Shown piece by piece: positions 1-9,903 of a stretch of 64,000 nt of DNA. This DNA is from an uncultured Clostridia bacterium (GTDB lineage: Bacteria > Bacillota > Clostridia > TANB77 > CAG-508): positions 31,080 through 95,079 of the forward strand of contig CAKPFO010000001.1 of assembly GCA_934153805.1 (NCBI GenBank), written 5' to 3'. The first letter of the stretch is position 1. Every line of letters begins with the position of its first letter. The notes under the pieces are model-generated. The model was not told the DNA's origin, made no database searches, and worked only from the letters and a program-made list of their open reading frames with translations. The translations under genes and the position numbers were made by a program.

Positions 1-920
1 TTTCCATCAAATATACCATTAAAACTATTATATTCTGTATCACTAATGTATTTTCCTATCGGCTCCCAACTTACTTCTTTTCCACCTACATTTGCTCCAC
101 ACACTGTACTTAAATCTATGTCTGCTCCTAGTTTTACCGTTTTTCCTTCGTAGGTTAATCCACTATTTACTTTATCTCTAAAGCTTGCTAATTGTTCTGC
201 GTTCATTATTGTTTCTTCTGATTTTTCTATTATCTTTTTCGTGTATCTATGTCCATTTGTTGTGGTTAGTATTACTTTGTATGTTTTATCAAATTCTATT
301 GTCATGTCTTTTCCTACTGTAGTTAGTCCATCTGGTTCTAAGGTTAGTGTTGTTCCGTCAGGGTTTTGTATTTCTAATTTTGATATTTCTGCCTCTCCTG
401 TTGCCTTTAGTAATACACTTGCTTCATACTTTCCATCACTATTTTTTCCTAAATATTCTTTTACTTGTGCCTCTATACTTACTTTTCCTTCTAAGTCTAC
501 ATCTACTATTGATATAAATTCTACCTTTTTACTTTCATCTACTTTAAATTGGTATCTATTATATACTACATATATTTCCTTTGGCGAGCCTATATCTACT
601 TCTCCTGCTACTAATCCTACCTCTTCTAAGGCTACATAGTATGTTACACTACTATCTTCTGCCAGATAATCTATTATATCTTGCAAACTTGCAACTCCGC
701 CTTTTTCTATTATGCATTCATCTATTTTTAATTCTATATATTCTTTGGCTGATGCTATCTCATATTTTTCTCTTGCTTCTTTTGTTCTGTTTAGTAGACC
801 ATTCTGTCCTAATGTTAAGTTAATTGCTACGCCTGCTAGAATTATTAACACAATTATTGTAATTACCAACGCTATTAAAGTTATACCACTTTGTCCGTTA
901 TTTTGTAACTTTTTCATCAT
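1..920 (-). CDS. GLUG-motif / beta-helix repeat surface protein with a prepilin-like N-terminal leader. Partial: the 3' end runs off the window
   Basis: Manual reverse translation from ATG at 920 (GGAGG RBS 7 nt upstream) gives MMKKLQNNGQSGITLIALVITIIVLIILAGVAINLTLGQNGLL, then ...AEQLASFRDKVNSGLTYEGKTVKLGADIDLS...WEPIG...FNGIFDGN, typical of the start of GLUG / right-handed beta-helix proteins. The frame is open to position 1. It is not in the ORF track because it lacks an in-window stop. Confidence 0.6.
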   Translation of the reverse strand, partial: MMKKLQNNGQSGITLIALVITIIVLIILAGVAINLTLGQNGLLNRTKEAREKYEIASAKEYIELKIDECIIEKGGVASLQDIIDYLAEDSSVTYYVALEEVGLVAGEVDIGSPKEIYVVYNRYQFKVDESKKVEFISIVDVDLEGKVSIEAQVKEYLGKNSDGKYEASVLLKATGEAEISKLEIQNPDGTTLTLEPDGLTTVGKDMTIEFDKTYKVILTTTNGHRYTKKIIEKSEETIMNAEQLASFRDKVNSGLTYEGKTVKLGADIDLSTVCGANVGGKEVSWEPIGKYISDTEYNSFNGIFDG

Positions 921-1137
921 TTATCTTCCTCCATTTTTTTATTTTATATACTTTTACAGTATGACCTTTAAAATTTAACTGTGTAAATTCATTTCCTTCT
1001 TTAAATTTACACTTTATTCGAAATTTCACAAAATTCATCCTATATTTTCATTTTCTAAATTTTAACAACCTTATTATCTCTGCTCTTCCCCCTAACATAA
1101 AATTTGTAAAGCACAAAAAAAGATAGAAAAAAATCCA

Positions 1138-1260
1138 CTAAATTTGCATACCACAAAAAAGCAGATTTTTCCTATCTCTACTATCATCTATCTTTAATTC
1201 AATTAAGCTATCTGTGTGTGCGTATATGTGTACAGCCACAACGGTTTTAGCTTTCGTCAT
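1138..1260 (-). CDS. candidate small ORF (40 aa, MTKAKTVVAVHIYAHTDSLIELKIDDSRDRKNLLFCGMQI)
   Basis: ATG preceded by AAAGGAGAAAC on the minus strand in a locally GC-richer stretch. Below the track size cutoff. No recognizable family. Confidence 0.2.
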   Translation of the reverse strand: MTKAKTVVAVHIYAHTDSLIELKIDDSRDRKNLLFCGMQI

Positions 1261-1387
1261 TTTAAAGTTTCTCCTTTGTTTTTTTCAATTATAATACCAT
1301 AGTTGAATTTTAAAGTCAATTCTTAAAGTACAATTTTTATGCTTTGCCTACTCTATATTTGGAAATTTTTTATCTTTCTATTCTTCC

Positions 1388-1416
1388 TTGCAATTTGATT
1401 TATTATGATATATAAT
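1388..1416 (+). promoter_or_regulatory. sigma-A-type promoter TTGCAA-N17-TATAAT upstream of the acyl-CoA ligase gene
   Basis: TTGCAA at 1388-1393, 17-nt spacer, TATAAT at 1411-1416. AAAAGGGG RBS, then TTG start at 1445. Confidence 0.45.
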
Positions 1417-1444
1417 AAGCACATAAATTTTAGAAAAGGGGTCT

Positions 1445-3184
1445 TTGAGCTTGGAAGATAAAAAGAGAAAACTTTACAAAGGTAGAGAACTTAAGGATTT
1501 TAGAGAATTAGTTTCTAGATACGAAAATGAATATTCAGACAAAATTGCTTTTACTTATAAGGAAAATCCTAAATCAAAAGAGCATATAAATATAACTTAT
1601 TCTAAGTTTGTAAAAGATATAAAAGCATTAGGAACATCTCTTATACATTTAGGTCTTTCTCAAAAAAGAGTTGCTATTATCAGTTCTAACCGCTATGAAT
1701 GGTGTGTTAGCTACTTAGCTGTAACTACTTCTAATATGGTTGTAGTTCCTTTAGATAAAGCTTTACCTAGCAATGAAATTGTAAATTTGATAAAAAGAAG
1801 CGATGTAGAAGCTATAATTTTTGACCAAGTATATTTAGATACTATACTTGATTTAAAAAAATCTGATTCTACGAACTTAAAGTATCTAATTTGTATGGAT
1901 AATATAGAAAATACAGATGTAGAATTATATACAAAACTATTAAGTAACGGTATCTCTCTTATAGATACTGGAGATGACAAATACGAAAATGTAAAAATAG
2001 ATGCTAATAAGATGTCTATTATGCTGTTTACCTCTGGAACAACATCAATTTCTAAAGCAGTATCTTTGTCTCAAAATAATATATGTAGTGATATTTATGC
2101 ACTTTCTCAAATGACTGATATAAGAAAAGAAGATATATTTTTATCATTCTTGCCTTTACATCATACATTTGAATCTACTTGTACCTTTTTATATGGTACA
2201 TCTTGTGGAATTACTGTTGCATTTTGTGACGGATTAAGATATGTTGCTAGCAATTTAAAAGAATTTAATATTACTGGTTTTGTGTCAGTTCCTTTAGTTT
2301 TAGAGGTTATGTACAAAAAATTATTAAAAGGTATAGAAGAACAAGGAAAAACATCTTTAGTTAATTGTATGTTCAAAATTTCTAATTTTCTATTAAAATG
2401 TGGTATAGATATTAGAAGAAAAATTTTTAAACCTATTTTAGCTAATTTTGCTCCTAATTTAAGAGTTTTAATAGCAGGTGGAGCTCCTATGAATAAAAAT
2501 GCAATTGAATGCTTTGTTGGATTAGGAATTAATTTATTACAAGGTTATGGTTTAACAGAAACCTCTCCTGTTTTAGCCGGTGAAAATGATAAATATAAAC
2601 GAGCTGGCTCTGTAGGTTTTCCTCTACCTGGCATTACAGTTGAAATAGATAATCCAAATGAACATGGTATAGGAGAAATTAAAGCTAAAGGTCCAACTAT
2701 TATGGAAGGCTACTATGGCAATGAAGAAGCTACTAAAGAAGTCCTTAAAGATGGTTGGTTTTACACTGGTGATTTAGGCTATATAGATAGTGATGGATAT
2801 TTATTTGTTACTGGCAGAAAAAAAGATGTTATTGTTCTTAAAAACGGAAAAAATATCTATCCAGAAGAGCTTGAAATATTAATTAACAAATTGCCTTATG
2901 TTGCTGAAAGTTTAGTATTTGGTAAACCAGATACTAAAAAAGATGATTTGATTTTATGTGCTAAAATTGTTTATAACAAAGATGTTATGAAAGAAATGTT
3001 TAAAGATACTTCAGTAAGCGAATATCACGATATTATCTGGAAAGATATAAAAGCCGAGGTAAATAAATCTATGCCAGCATATAAATCTATAAAGGAAATT
3101 ATTATTACAGATGAACCTTTAATAAAAACTACTACTCAAAAAGTTAAACGTTTTGAAGAAATTAAAAAATTATTAGGTGAATAA
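1445..3184 (+). CDS. long-chain fatty-acid--CoA ligase (AMP-binding, ANL superfamily)
   Basis: AMP-binding motif LFTSGTTSISKAV, YGLTETS, and the GWFYTGDLGYIDSDGYLFVTGRKKDVI hinge region. TTG start. Confidence 0.85.
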   Translation: MSLEDKKRKLYKGRELKDFRELVSRYENEYSDKIAFTYKENPKSKEHINITYSKFVKDIKALGTSLIHLGLSQKRVAIISSNRYEWCVSYLAVTTSNMVVVPLDKALPSNEIVNLIKRSDVEAIIFDQVYLDTILDLKKSDSTNLKYLICMDNIENTDVELYTKLLSNGISLIDTGDDKYENVKIDANKMSIMLFTSGTTSISKAVSLSQNNICSDIYALSQMTDIRKEDIFLSFLPLHHTFESTCTFLYGTSCGITVAFCDGLRYVASNLKEFNITGFVSVPLVLEVMYKKLLKGIEEQGKTSLVNCMFKISNFLLKCGIDIRRKIFKPILANFAPNLRVLIAGGAPMNKNAIECFVGLGINLLQGYGLTETSPVLAGENDKYKRAGSVGFPLPGITVEIDNPNEHGIGEIKAKGPTIMEGYYGNEEATKEVLKDGWFYTGDLGYIDSDGYLFVTGRKKDVIVLKNGKNIYPEELEILINKLPYVAESLVFGKPDTKKDDLILCAKIVYNKDVMKEMFKDTSVSEYHDIIWKDIKAEVNKSMPAYKSIKEIIITDEPLIKTTTQKVKRFEEIKKLLGE

Positions 3185-3189
3185 ACTAT

Positions 3190-3228
3190 AAATGACCAAG
3201 AAATTTAAATCTTGGTCATTTGTTTTTA
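3190..3228. terminator. bidirectional intrinsic terminator shared by the convergent acyl-CoA ligase and RNase G genes
   Basis: ATGACCAAGA-aatttaaa-TCTTGGTCAT perfect hairpin, A-run before and T-run after. Confidence 0.6.
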
Positions 3229-3232
3229 TCTT

Positions 3233-4432
3233 TTATTCATTACTAAACATGTGCTTTCTTGTTAATTCTAATAAATTTAACTTTGTAAATTCTATTACCT
3301 GTGTTTTAGAACGGTCATTTTTTAGTTCTTCTTTTAATGTTTCTAAAACCTCTTGTCTGCTCTTGCCTTCTTTCATATCTATATAATCAATTATTATAAT
3401 TCCTCCAATGTCTCTTAATCTAAGTTGCTTTGCTATTTCTTTGCTAGCTTCCTTATTTACCTTTAAAACAGTTTCTTCTAAATTTTGTTTTCCTGTAAAT
3501 TTTCCAGAATTAACATCAATAGCAGTTAGTGCCTCTGTTTTATCTATTGTTATAAATCCTCCACATTTTAGCCAAACTTTTCTAGCCTTTGCTTTTTCAA
3601 TTTGGTCGTCAGTATCATACATATCTAGCAAATTATCTGTATTTTTTAATTCTACTTTTACGTTACTATCTCTATCTATTTGCTCTATACATTTTTTTAC
3701 TTCTTCATAGATATTTTGGTCATTAACCCATATTTTTTCTATTCCATTATCTATGGTGTCTAATAATATTTTTTCTAGTATTGAACTACTTTTGTATAAT
3801 TCTTGTGGTTTTCTACTCTTTATTGCTTTTTTACTCTTTTCTTGTATTTGATTCCATTTTTGTATTGTGTTTTTTATATCTAATGAAAGTTCTTCTTTAC
3901 TTTTACCTTGAGCTGCTGTTCTTACAATTATTCCTACATTGTCTTCTACTGCTTCTTTTACTATCTTTAATAGTCTTTCTCTTTCTTTTTCGTCTTCTAT
4001 CTTTTTTGATATAGTTATAAATTTATCTTTTGGCATAACTACTACAAATCTTCCTGGTATATGTATATCAGTGCTTATTTTGGCTCCTTTTAAACTTGTA
4101 CTATCTTTTTTTACTTGAACTAAAATAGGTTTATCCCTCTGTATATATTTTTTTATATTATATTTTTCTAAGTCTTCATTTTTGTTTCCAGTAATTTTGC
4201 TTACTTTAGGTAAGATATCTTTTATATGTATAAATGTATTTTTTTCTTTTCCTATGTCTACAAAAGCTGCTTGCATTCCTGGTAATATATCTTTTACTAT
4301 TCCTAAATATATATTTCCTTCTAGTCTTCTAGTAGTATCTTTTTCTTCATATACTTCTTCAAGTTTTCCATTGCTTAATAATGCTATTACTTTTTTATCT
4401 TCCTGCTTTTCTATTAGTATCTCTTGCATCAA
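3233..4432 (-). CDS. rng: RNase G/E family ribonuclease (S1 domain)
   Basis: GNIYLGIVKDILPGMQAAFVDIGKEKNTFIH S1 motif. The catalytic-domain arrangement is typical of Rne/Rng. Confidence 0.8.
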   Translation of the reverse strand: MMQEILIEKQEDKKVIALLSNGKLEEVYEEKDTTRRLEGNIYLGIVKDILPGMQAAFVDIGKEKNTFIHIKDILPKVSKITGNKNEDLEKYNIKKYIQRDKPILVQVKKDSTSLKGAKISTDIHIPGRFVVVMPKDKFITISKKIEDEKERERLLKIVKEAVEDNVGIIVRTAAQGKSKEELSLDIKNTIQKWNQIQEKSKKAIKSRKPQELYKSSSILEKILLDTIDNGIEKIWVNDQNIYEEVKKCIEQIDRDSNVKVELKNTDNLLDMYDTDDQIEKAKARKVWLKCGGFITIDKTEALTAIDVNSGKFTGKQNLEETVLKVNKEASKEIAKQLRLRDIGGIIIIDYIDMKEGKSRQEVLETLKEELKNDRSKTQVIEFTKLNLLELTRKHMFSNE

Positions 4433-4463
4433 ACTTTCCTTTCTTCTTAACTATGCTTTAGAA

Positions 4464-5018
4464 TTAGTTAAATTTATTCATCGCTCTATCTAATCCATTT
4501 TTCAATATTTCTACAACTGCCTGCTTAGCTTTTAAAACTCCCTCTTCTAATGGTTCTTGTCCCTCTTTTGGAATCTTTCCTATTACATAATTTATCATAT
4601 CATTATTCTCTGGCTTTCCTATTCCAACTCTTATACGTGCAAAACCTTCTGAATTTAATTCAGCTACTACTGATTTCATTCCATTGTGAGAGCCACTACT
4701 ACCTTTTTTTCTTATTCGTATTAAGCCAGGTGCTATATCTATATCATCATAAATTACAAATACATTTTGTAATGGAATTTTATAAAAATTTACTACTTGT
4801 ATAATTGATTTTCCACTTAAATTCATGTATGTTTGTGGTTTTAGTAAAATTACTTTTTCTCCTTCAATACTACCGGTTCCTAATAGAGCATCAAACTTAT
4901 TTTTATTTACCTCTATTTTGTACTCTTCTGCTAATTTGTTTATAACATTAAATCCCATATTGTGTCTTGTGTTTGAATACTCTTCTTCTGGATTTCCAAG
5001 TCCTACTATTAAATACAT
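4464..5018 (-). CDS. pth: peptidyl-tRNA hydrolase
   Basis: MYLIVGLGNPEEEYSNTRHNMGF N-terminus, 184 aa. Confidence 0.9.
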   Translation of the reverse strand: MYLIVGLGNPEEEYSNTRHNMGFNVINKLAEEYKIEVNKNKFDALLGTGSIEGEKVILLKPQTYMNLSGKSIIQVVNFYKIPLQNVFVIYDDIDIAPGLIRIRKKGSSGSHNGMKSVVAELNSEGFARIRVGIGKPENNDMINYVIGKIPKEGQEPLEEGVLKAKQAVVEILKNGLDRAMNKFN

Positions 5019-5131
5019 CTTAACCTCCTTTTGAAATCAAATATTTCTAGCTATTCTTTGGTTTTTTATCTATGATACTTAGTTTTCAATTTTTAGTTCT
5101 TACTTTTCATCTTTCAAATTTCAACTAATAT

Positions 5132-5998
5132 TTATATAAGTTTTTTTAATTCTTCCTCTGAAAACTCATATTTTTTATTACAAAAATTGCATACTAGTTC
5201 TGCTTTCTTATCTTCTACAATTATTTTTTCTAGTTCTTCTTTTCCTATAGATACAAGTGCATTTTCCATCTTTTCTTTGCTACATGTACATTCATATTTT
5301 GGAACTATACCATCTTCTACAGTTTGTATATTTTCGTCACCTGTTATGTCTTTTGCAATTTCTTCTAAGCTCATGTTTTCATCTAACATTTGGCTTACAC
5401 TTTTTGCTTCTTTTATTCTATTTTCTAGTATAAACAAGTCATCTTCTGTAGCATCTGGCATTGCTGTTACTATGTATCCCCCTGCGCTTCTTACTCCATT
5501 TTTATCTACTAATACCCCTAATGCTACTGCAGTATTTTTTTGCTCTGATATATAAAAATAATTTGCAAAGTCTTCTGCTATCTCTCCTGAAACGATTTTA
5601 CTCATTCCTACATATGGTTCTTTTAGTCCTATATCCTTTATTACATATACATATCCTTCATTTCCAACTGCTGCACCAACATTTAATTTACCATCTTTTC
5701 TTAAAGGAAGTTCTATTCCAGGATTTGCTACATATCCTCTTGTTCTTACTTTACTATCTGAAACAGCTACTATTGTTCCTATTGGTCCGTTTCCTTTTAT
5801 TTGTAGTGTAACTGTATCTTTTTCACCTTTTAGTCCTGAAGCAATAATGCTTGCCATTGTTAATGTTCTTCCTAGTGCAGCTGTTGCAAGTGGACTTAAA
5901 TCATGCACTTTTCTTGCCTCTTCTACTAACTCTGTAGTAGATACACATACTATATTTATTCTTCCGTTATATGCTAAAAATCTTTTTATATTATCCAT
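5132..5998 (-). CDS. hslO: Hsp33 redox-regulated chaperone
   Basis: Hsp33 fold with C-terminal CTCS...CNFC zinc centre. Confidence 0.9.
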   Translation of the reverse strand: MDNIKRFLAYNGRINIVCVSTTELVEEARKVHDLSPLATAALGRTLTMASIIASGLKGEKDTVTLQIKGNGPIGTIVAVSDSKVRTRGYVANPGIELPLRKDGKLNVGAAVGNEGYVYVIKDIGLKEPYVGMSKIVSGEIAEDFANYFYISEQKNTAVALGVLVDKNGVRSAGGYIVTAMPDATEDDLFILENRIKEAKSVSQMLDENMSLEEIAKDITGDENIQTVEDGIVPKYECTCSKEKMENALVSIGKEELEKIIVEDKKAELVCNFCNKKYEFSEEELKKLI

Positions 5999-6071
5999 TA
6001 TTTATTTCATTCCTTTCATAAATTACGAATATTATACCATATTTTTCCACTCTAATCAATAACACAGCTTT

Positions 6072-6117
6072 GTAAAAATACGAGAACTTAGCTAAACTAA
6101 CGTTCTCGTATTTTTAC
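6072..6117. terminator. bidirectional intrinsic terminator
   Basis: GTAAAAATACGAGAAC-loop-GTTCTCGTATTTTTAC perfect 16-bp stem. Confidence 0.55.
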
Positions 6118-6887
6118 TTTTTAATATATTCTATAACCTCTATATCACTATTTTTGCTTCTTTCTACCATGCAATTGTATACTCTATCTCGTAAGTCTTG
6201 TTGTTGCTCTTTTAATGTTAATTCTTTATTAGCTAAAAAAGGACCATCTATATATGTTTCTATTTTTACTTTATCCTTGTTTTTGCCATAACTTTTGTAT
6301 GTATTTGTCATACAAAAAACTGGCTTTTGCAATTTTACAGGATACTTAAATGATACTGCTTTAAAAGGTCTTATTTTTGTGTAATATGGCCATATATGTG
6401 CCTCCGGATAAATTGTTATAGAAAAGTTTGCATTTACCTTCTTTTCTATTGCCTCTAAAAAATTTTTCATTGCATCTTTATTGCTTGGAACAGGAAGTGC
6501 TCCTAACATTTCTATTAATGTTTCAGAACCTTTCATAGAAACATTTTCAGGATTTACTATAAAATAATTTCTTTTTGGATATATTGGTATACTTGGTATA
6601 AATGTATCTGCAAAAATCTGTGTATGATTTACATACACAAAATATCCACTATCTTTATACTCTTTTAATTTTTCTTTGCCTATATATTTTATTCTAAATT
6701 TTATTTTTGAATACAATATTTTTATAGGCATACTTAGTACATTTTGTACTAAGTATGAGCATATATTCCATAATGGATTTTTGTGTATATATTTATAATT
6801 TCCATCTATCACTCTTGGAGTTATTTTAGCTCCTGAAAACTCGTCATTTAACTCGTCTGTATAATAAATTACTCTTTTATTCTTCAT
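6114..6887 (-). CDS. LPLAT/PlsC-like acyltransferase domain protein
   Basis: VNHTQIFAD (HX5D variant of the HX4D block) and IYPEAHIWP (block III, FPEGTR-like). Paralogous to the C-terminal half of the upstream GT8 fusion. Confidence 0.5.
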   Translation of the reverse strand: MKNKRVIYYTDELNDEFSGAKITPRVIDGNYKYIHKNPLWNICSYLVQNVLSMPIKILYSKIKFRIKYIGKEKLKEYKDSGYFVYVNHTQIFADTFIPSIPIYPKRNYFIVNPENVSMKGSETLIEMLGALPVPSNKDAMKNFLEAIEKKVNANFSITIYPEAHIWPYYTKIRPFKAVSFKYPVKLQKPVFCMTNTYKSYGKNKDKVKIETYIDGPFLANKELTLKEQQQDLRDRVYNCMVERSKNSDIEVIEYIKK

Positions 6888-8709
6888 TTACTGTACTTAA
6901 TTCCTTCTTTTCTGTAGTATATTCTAATGGTATTTTATAAAAATCCTCATATACATTTTTCCATATTTCAAAATTTTTATTTTTCATATATTCAATATTT
7001 TCCTTTGCAGACAGATTTGGTATTGGATATATTGGTTCTTCTATATTTATTGTATATTCTTGTACTGGGAAACCATCTTCTCCTATAACATCACTATCTT
7101 CCATTGTTATAAATATTGGAATTATTGGAACATTATTTCTTGTTGCTAATTTATACGCTCCATTTTTTAATGGCTTTGGTTTTCTATAATTCCACCATAA
7201 ACTTTGTTCTGGATAAATTAATATAAAGTCTCCTTTTTGAAGTATAACATCTACTGCTTTTACAAACTCTACCATTGTTCTTGCATTTGAGCTTAATGGA
7301 AGTGTGTTACAATTTCTAAAGAAAAATCCATATAGGCCTGGGAAATTAGTATAATTTCCTTCTCTTATTACTTTATATAATTTTTTACTTTTAGCTTGTT
7401 TAGAATTTCTAAATATTTCTTCTATTGAAAAACTATCAAATGGATTAAAGTGATTACATGTTATCATTGCTCCTGTTGATACTTTTTCTAGGTTTTCAAT
7501 TCCTTTTACCTCTTTTATTATTAACTTATTATTCTTTATTAAATTATCTAAAAATTTTGTGCCTATTTTATTAGCTACTCTAGTCTTTATTTTACTGTAA
7601 CTCTTTTTATTTAGATAATCTACATTTTCTGGGTCTAGTGTTATTGTAGGAGGGTCATCTTCAACGTCTAAATCAAAGTTTCCTTCCTTTTCTAACTTTT
7701 TTATTTTTTCTAAAATTTCCAATCTGTATTTATATTTTTTCTCTGTTTCATCATCTATGTTAGAAAGGTCCACATCCCTTTTATACATTCTGTCATCACC
7801 TACACAATCACATTCTTTTTGTGCAAGTTCTCTTAAGTTTTGATCTGTCTCTCTATCTCTAAATCTTTCTTCTTCTGTATAATTTTCTTTTATTTGTTTT
7901 ATTAATTCGTAACATTCTGTTTTTTGAGCATATTCCCAGAAAATTTCTTTGTATAATACATCTTCAAAATGCCATGGCTTACATGCAAAGTTATAATGTA
8001 TTAATTTTATATCTTCTATTGGTATTTCTCCTGTTTGTATAGGCATTCTATCCCACTGCTTACCTATTATTTTTACTCTTCCTTTGCACAATCTGTTTAA
8101 ATAGTCTTGATCTTGTGCTACAGAAAATTTAACTGTTCCTAGCAAATATAAGAATTTTGCTTGAAAGTCAAATTTTCTAAGTTCGTCCAAGTTCATTAAT
8201 AGGACACCTGCATTAAAGTATCTTCTATAATCGGCAACACCTACTACCATTTCTGCATAATCTTGGAATACCTTATTTGTTTGTATAATATCATCTGGTG
8301 CAGCAGCAACTAAATTTGTTTCTATATCTGTATGATACAAATCTGCTACATCTCCTAATATGACAATATCACTATCAAAATATAATGCTTTATCATATTG
8401 AGGATATAAATTAGGTATAAATAATCTAAAATATGTTGTTTTAGTATAATAATCTCTTGTATATAATTTATCTTTTACTTTTTCTATATAGTAATTTAAA
8501 TCAACAAATTCTATATCAATATTATCTCTTTCATATTTTTGAATTATAGCTTTATTTTCTTCACTCACATTTGTGTGTAAAATTTTAATTAAATAATAAT
8601 AATTTTCGCTTGAGTTATCTACTAGTGATTGAAGCGCTACTGCCAAAAAAGGTGTATAATGGTCATCTATAGCAAAAAACACTGGTATTCTTTCTTGTTT
8701 ACTACTCAT
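6877..8709 (-). CDS. bifunctional glycosyltransferase family 8 (N-terminal) / LPLAT acyltransferase (C-terminal) fusion
   Basis: N-terminal GT8 features (DxD in YFDSDIVILGDV, HYNFACKPW). C-terminal CNHFNPFD (HX4D) and ILIYPEQSLWW blocks. Confidence 0.6.
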   Translation of the reverse strand: MSSKQERIPVFFAIDDHYTPFLAVALQSLVDNSSENYYYLIKILHTNVSEENKAIIQKYERDNIDIEFVDLNYYIEKVKDKLYTRDYYTKTTYFRLFIPNLYPQYDKALYFDSDIVILGDVADLYHTDIETNLVAAAPDDIIQTNKVFQDYAEMVVGVADYRRYFNAGVLLMNLDELRKFDFQAKFLYLLGTVKFSVAQDQDYLNRLCKGRVKIIGKQWDRMPIQTGEIPIEDIKLIHYNFACKPWHFEDVLYKEIFWEYAQKTECYELIKQIKENYTEEERFRDRETDQNLRELAQKECDCVGDDRMYKRDVDLSNIDDETEKKYKYRLEILEKIKKLEKEGNFDLDVEDDPPTITLDPENVDYLNKKSYSKIKTRVANKIGTKFLDNLIKNNKLIIKEVKGIENLEKVSTGAMITCNHFNPFDSFSIEEIFRNSKQAKSKKLYKVIREGNYTNFPGLYGFFFRNCNTLPLSSNARTMVEFVKAVDVILQKGDFILIYPEQSLWWNYRKPKPLKNGAYKLATRNNVPIIPIFITMEDSDVIGEDGFPVQEYTINIEEPIYPIPNLSAKENIEYMKNKNFEIWKNVYEDFYKIPLEYTTEKKELSTVNEE

Positions 8710-9553
8710 CTTTAATTTCCCCCTTATTTTCTATCTTCTCATATTCTTTTTTTAAGTTCATATATTCTTCTAAGTCTTTATCAAATGCATGACATTTTAA
8801 ATGTTTGTGAATTTTCTCTACCTGCCATTGCTTATAATTTTCAGTATGCGGATATGGAAAAATCATTAATCTTTTGCAAAAATGACAAATTACTGTATCC
8901 TTTTTATTAAATTTTGCCTGTTCATTGTAGATTCTTGGAAGCAATAATTTTTTCGTTGTAGACCAAAAAATTGCATCTTGGTCCGCAAATAACATCTTTT
9001 TATTTTTTATTAAATTTCTTGCTTTTTCTAATAATTTTGTCTCTTTTATTTTCTCCATGTTTAATAATAACATGCCTGCATTTATATAGTCTGCTCTTAT
9101 CAACCAGCTTCCATATTTTTCTCTTACAGCTGCATATTCATAATTTGAAACATCAATATTATACAACTTTTTTATATCATCTGCAACCATCATATCAATG
9201 TCTAAATATAATAATTTGCTTGGCATGTTTTCTACCTCGTCTGCAAGTAATCTTAGTAATGTGTAAGGTGTACAATATGCTGTTTCATTAGCACATTTAT
9301 AAAACTCTTTTTCATATAACTCAGTAACATCTATTTTTGTTACTTCGTTTTCTTGTTTTTTAGACTTTACTACTTTATTTAAGAAATCAATTTGTTTATC
9401 TGTTATACATGTAAATTGAGGATTGATTCTTTCCAAATTCATAGTAAAAATGTAACAATGTATTGTTTCTCTTGTGTTATTTGTAATTGATATTAATTGT
9501 GAAAGTGCTCCATCAAATACTTTTTTATTTCCACATAACAGTAAATTTACCAT
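8702..9553 (-). CDS. glycosyltransferase family 8 (LPS glycosyltransferase / GspA-like)
   Basis: LYLDIDMMVADDI DxD region. Paralogous to the N-terminal part of 6877..8709. Confidence 0.6.
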   Translation of the reverse strand: MVNLLLCGNKKVFDGALSQLISITNNTRETIHCYIFTMNLERINPQFTCITDKQIDFLNKVVKSKKQENEVTKIDVTELYEKEFYKCANETAYCTPYTLLRLLADEVENMPSKLLYLDIDMMVADDIKKLYNIDVSNYEYAAVREKYGSWLIRADYINAGMLLLNMEKIKETKLLEKARNLIKNKKMLFADQDAIFWSTTKKLLLPRIYNEQAKFNKKDTVICHFCKRLMIFPYPHTENYKQWQVEKIHKHLKCHAFDKDLEEYMNLKKEYEKIENKGEIKDE

Positions 9554-9861
9554 TTTTTCCCCTTTTTATTTTCATTTTATTTTTGCATATCTGCTTTTAC
9601 ATTACTTATTATATTATAAATTTCACAATTATTCAAACATTCTACAAAATTTGATAAAATTTTTGTTGTTCTATGTTCTAATTCACAGCGTATGTCGCGG
9701 CCTTCCTTTTAAAAATACTAGTGCGTTGACCCCTCTCATCGCACTCACTTTCGTTCGTTTGGTCGCTTACGCGGTCTTTTAAAACAATATATTGTCAAAC
9801 TTTTTATTAAACTTTATAAATCCGGGGATTGTAACATTAAATGCTTTTTATTTTTAATTGC

Positions 9862-9897
9862 AAAAAGCTTAGAATTTTGTAATTCTAAGCTTTTTTT
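9862..9897. terminator. bidirectional intrinsic terminator after the PBP gene
   Basis: AAAAAGCTTAGAATT-ttgt-AATTCTAAGCTTTTTTT perfect palindrome. Confidence 0.65.
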
Positions 9898-9903
9898 GTG
9901 ATT

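Noticed and set aside
1-920. Calling the leader-bearing proteins true type IV pilins or competence pseudopilins
   Set aside because: The proteins are hundreds of residues of GLUG/beta-helix repeats and lack Glu+5. Only the leader is pilin-like.
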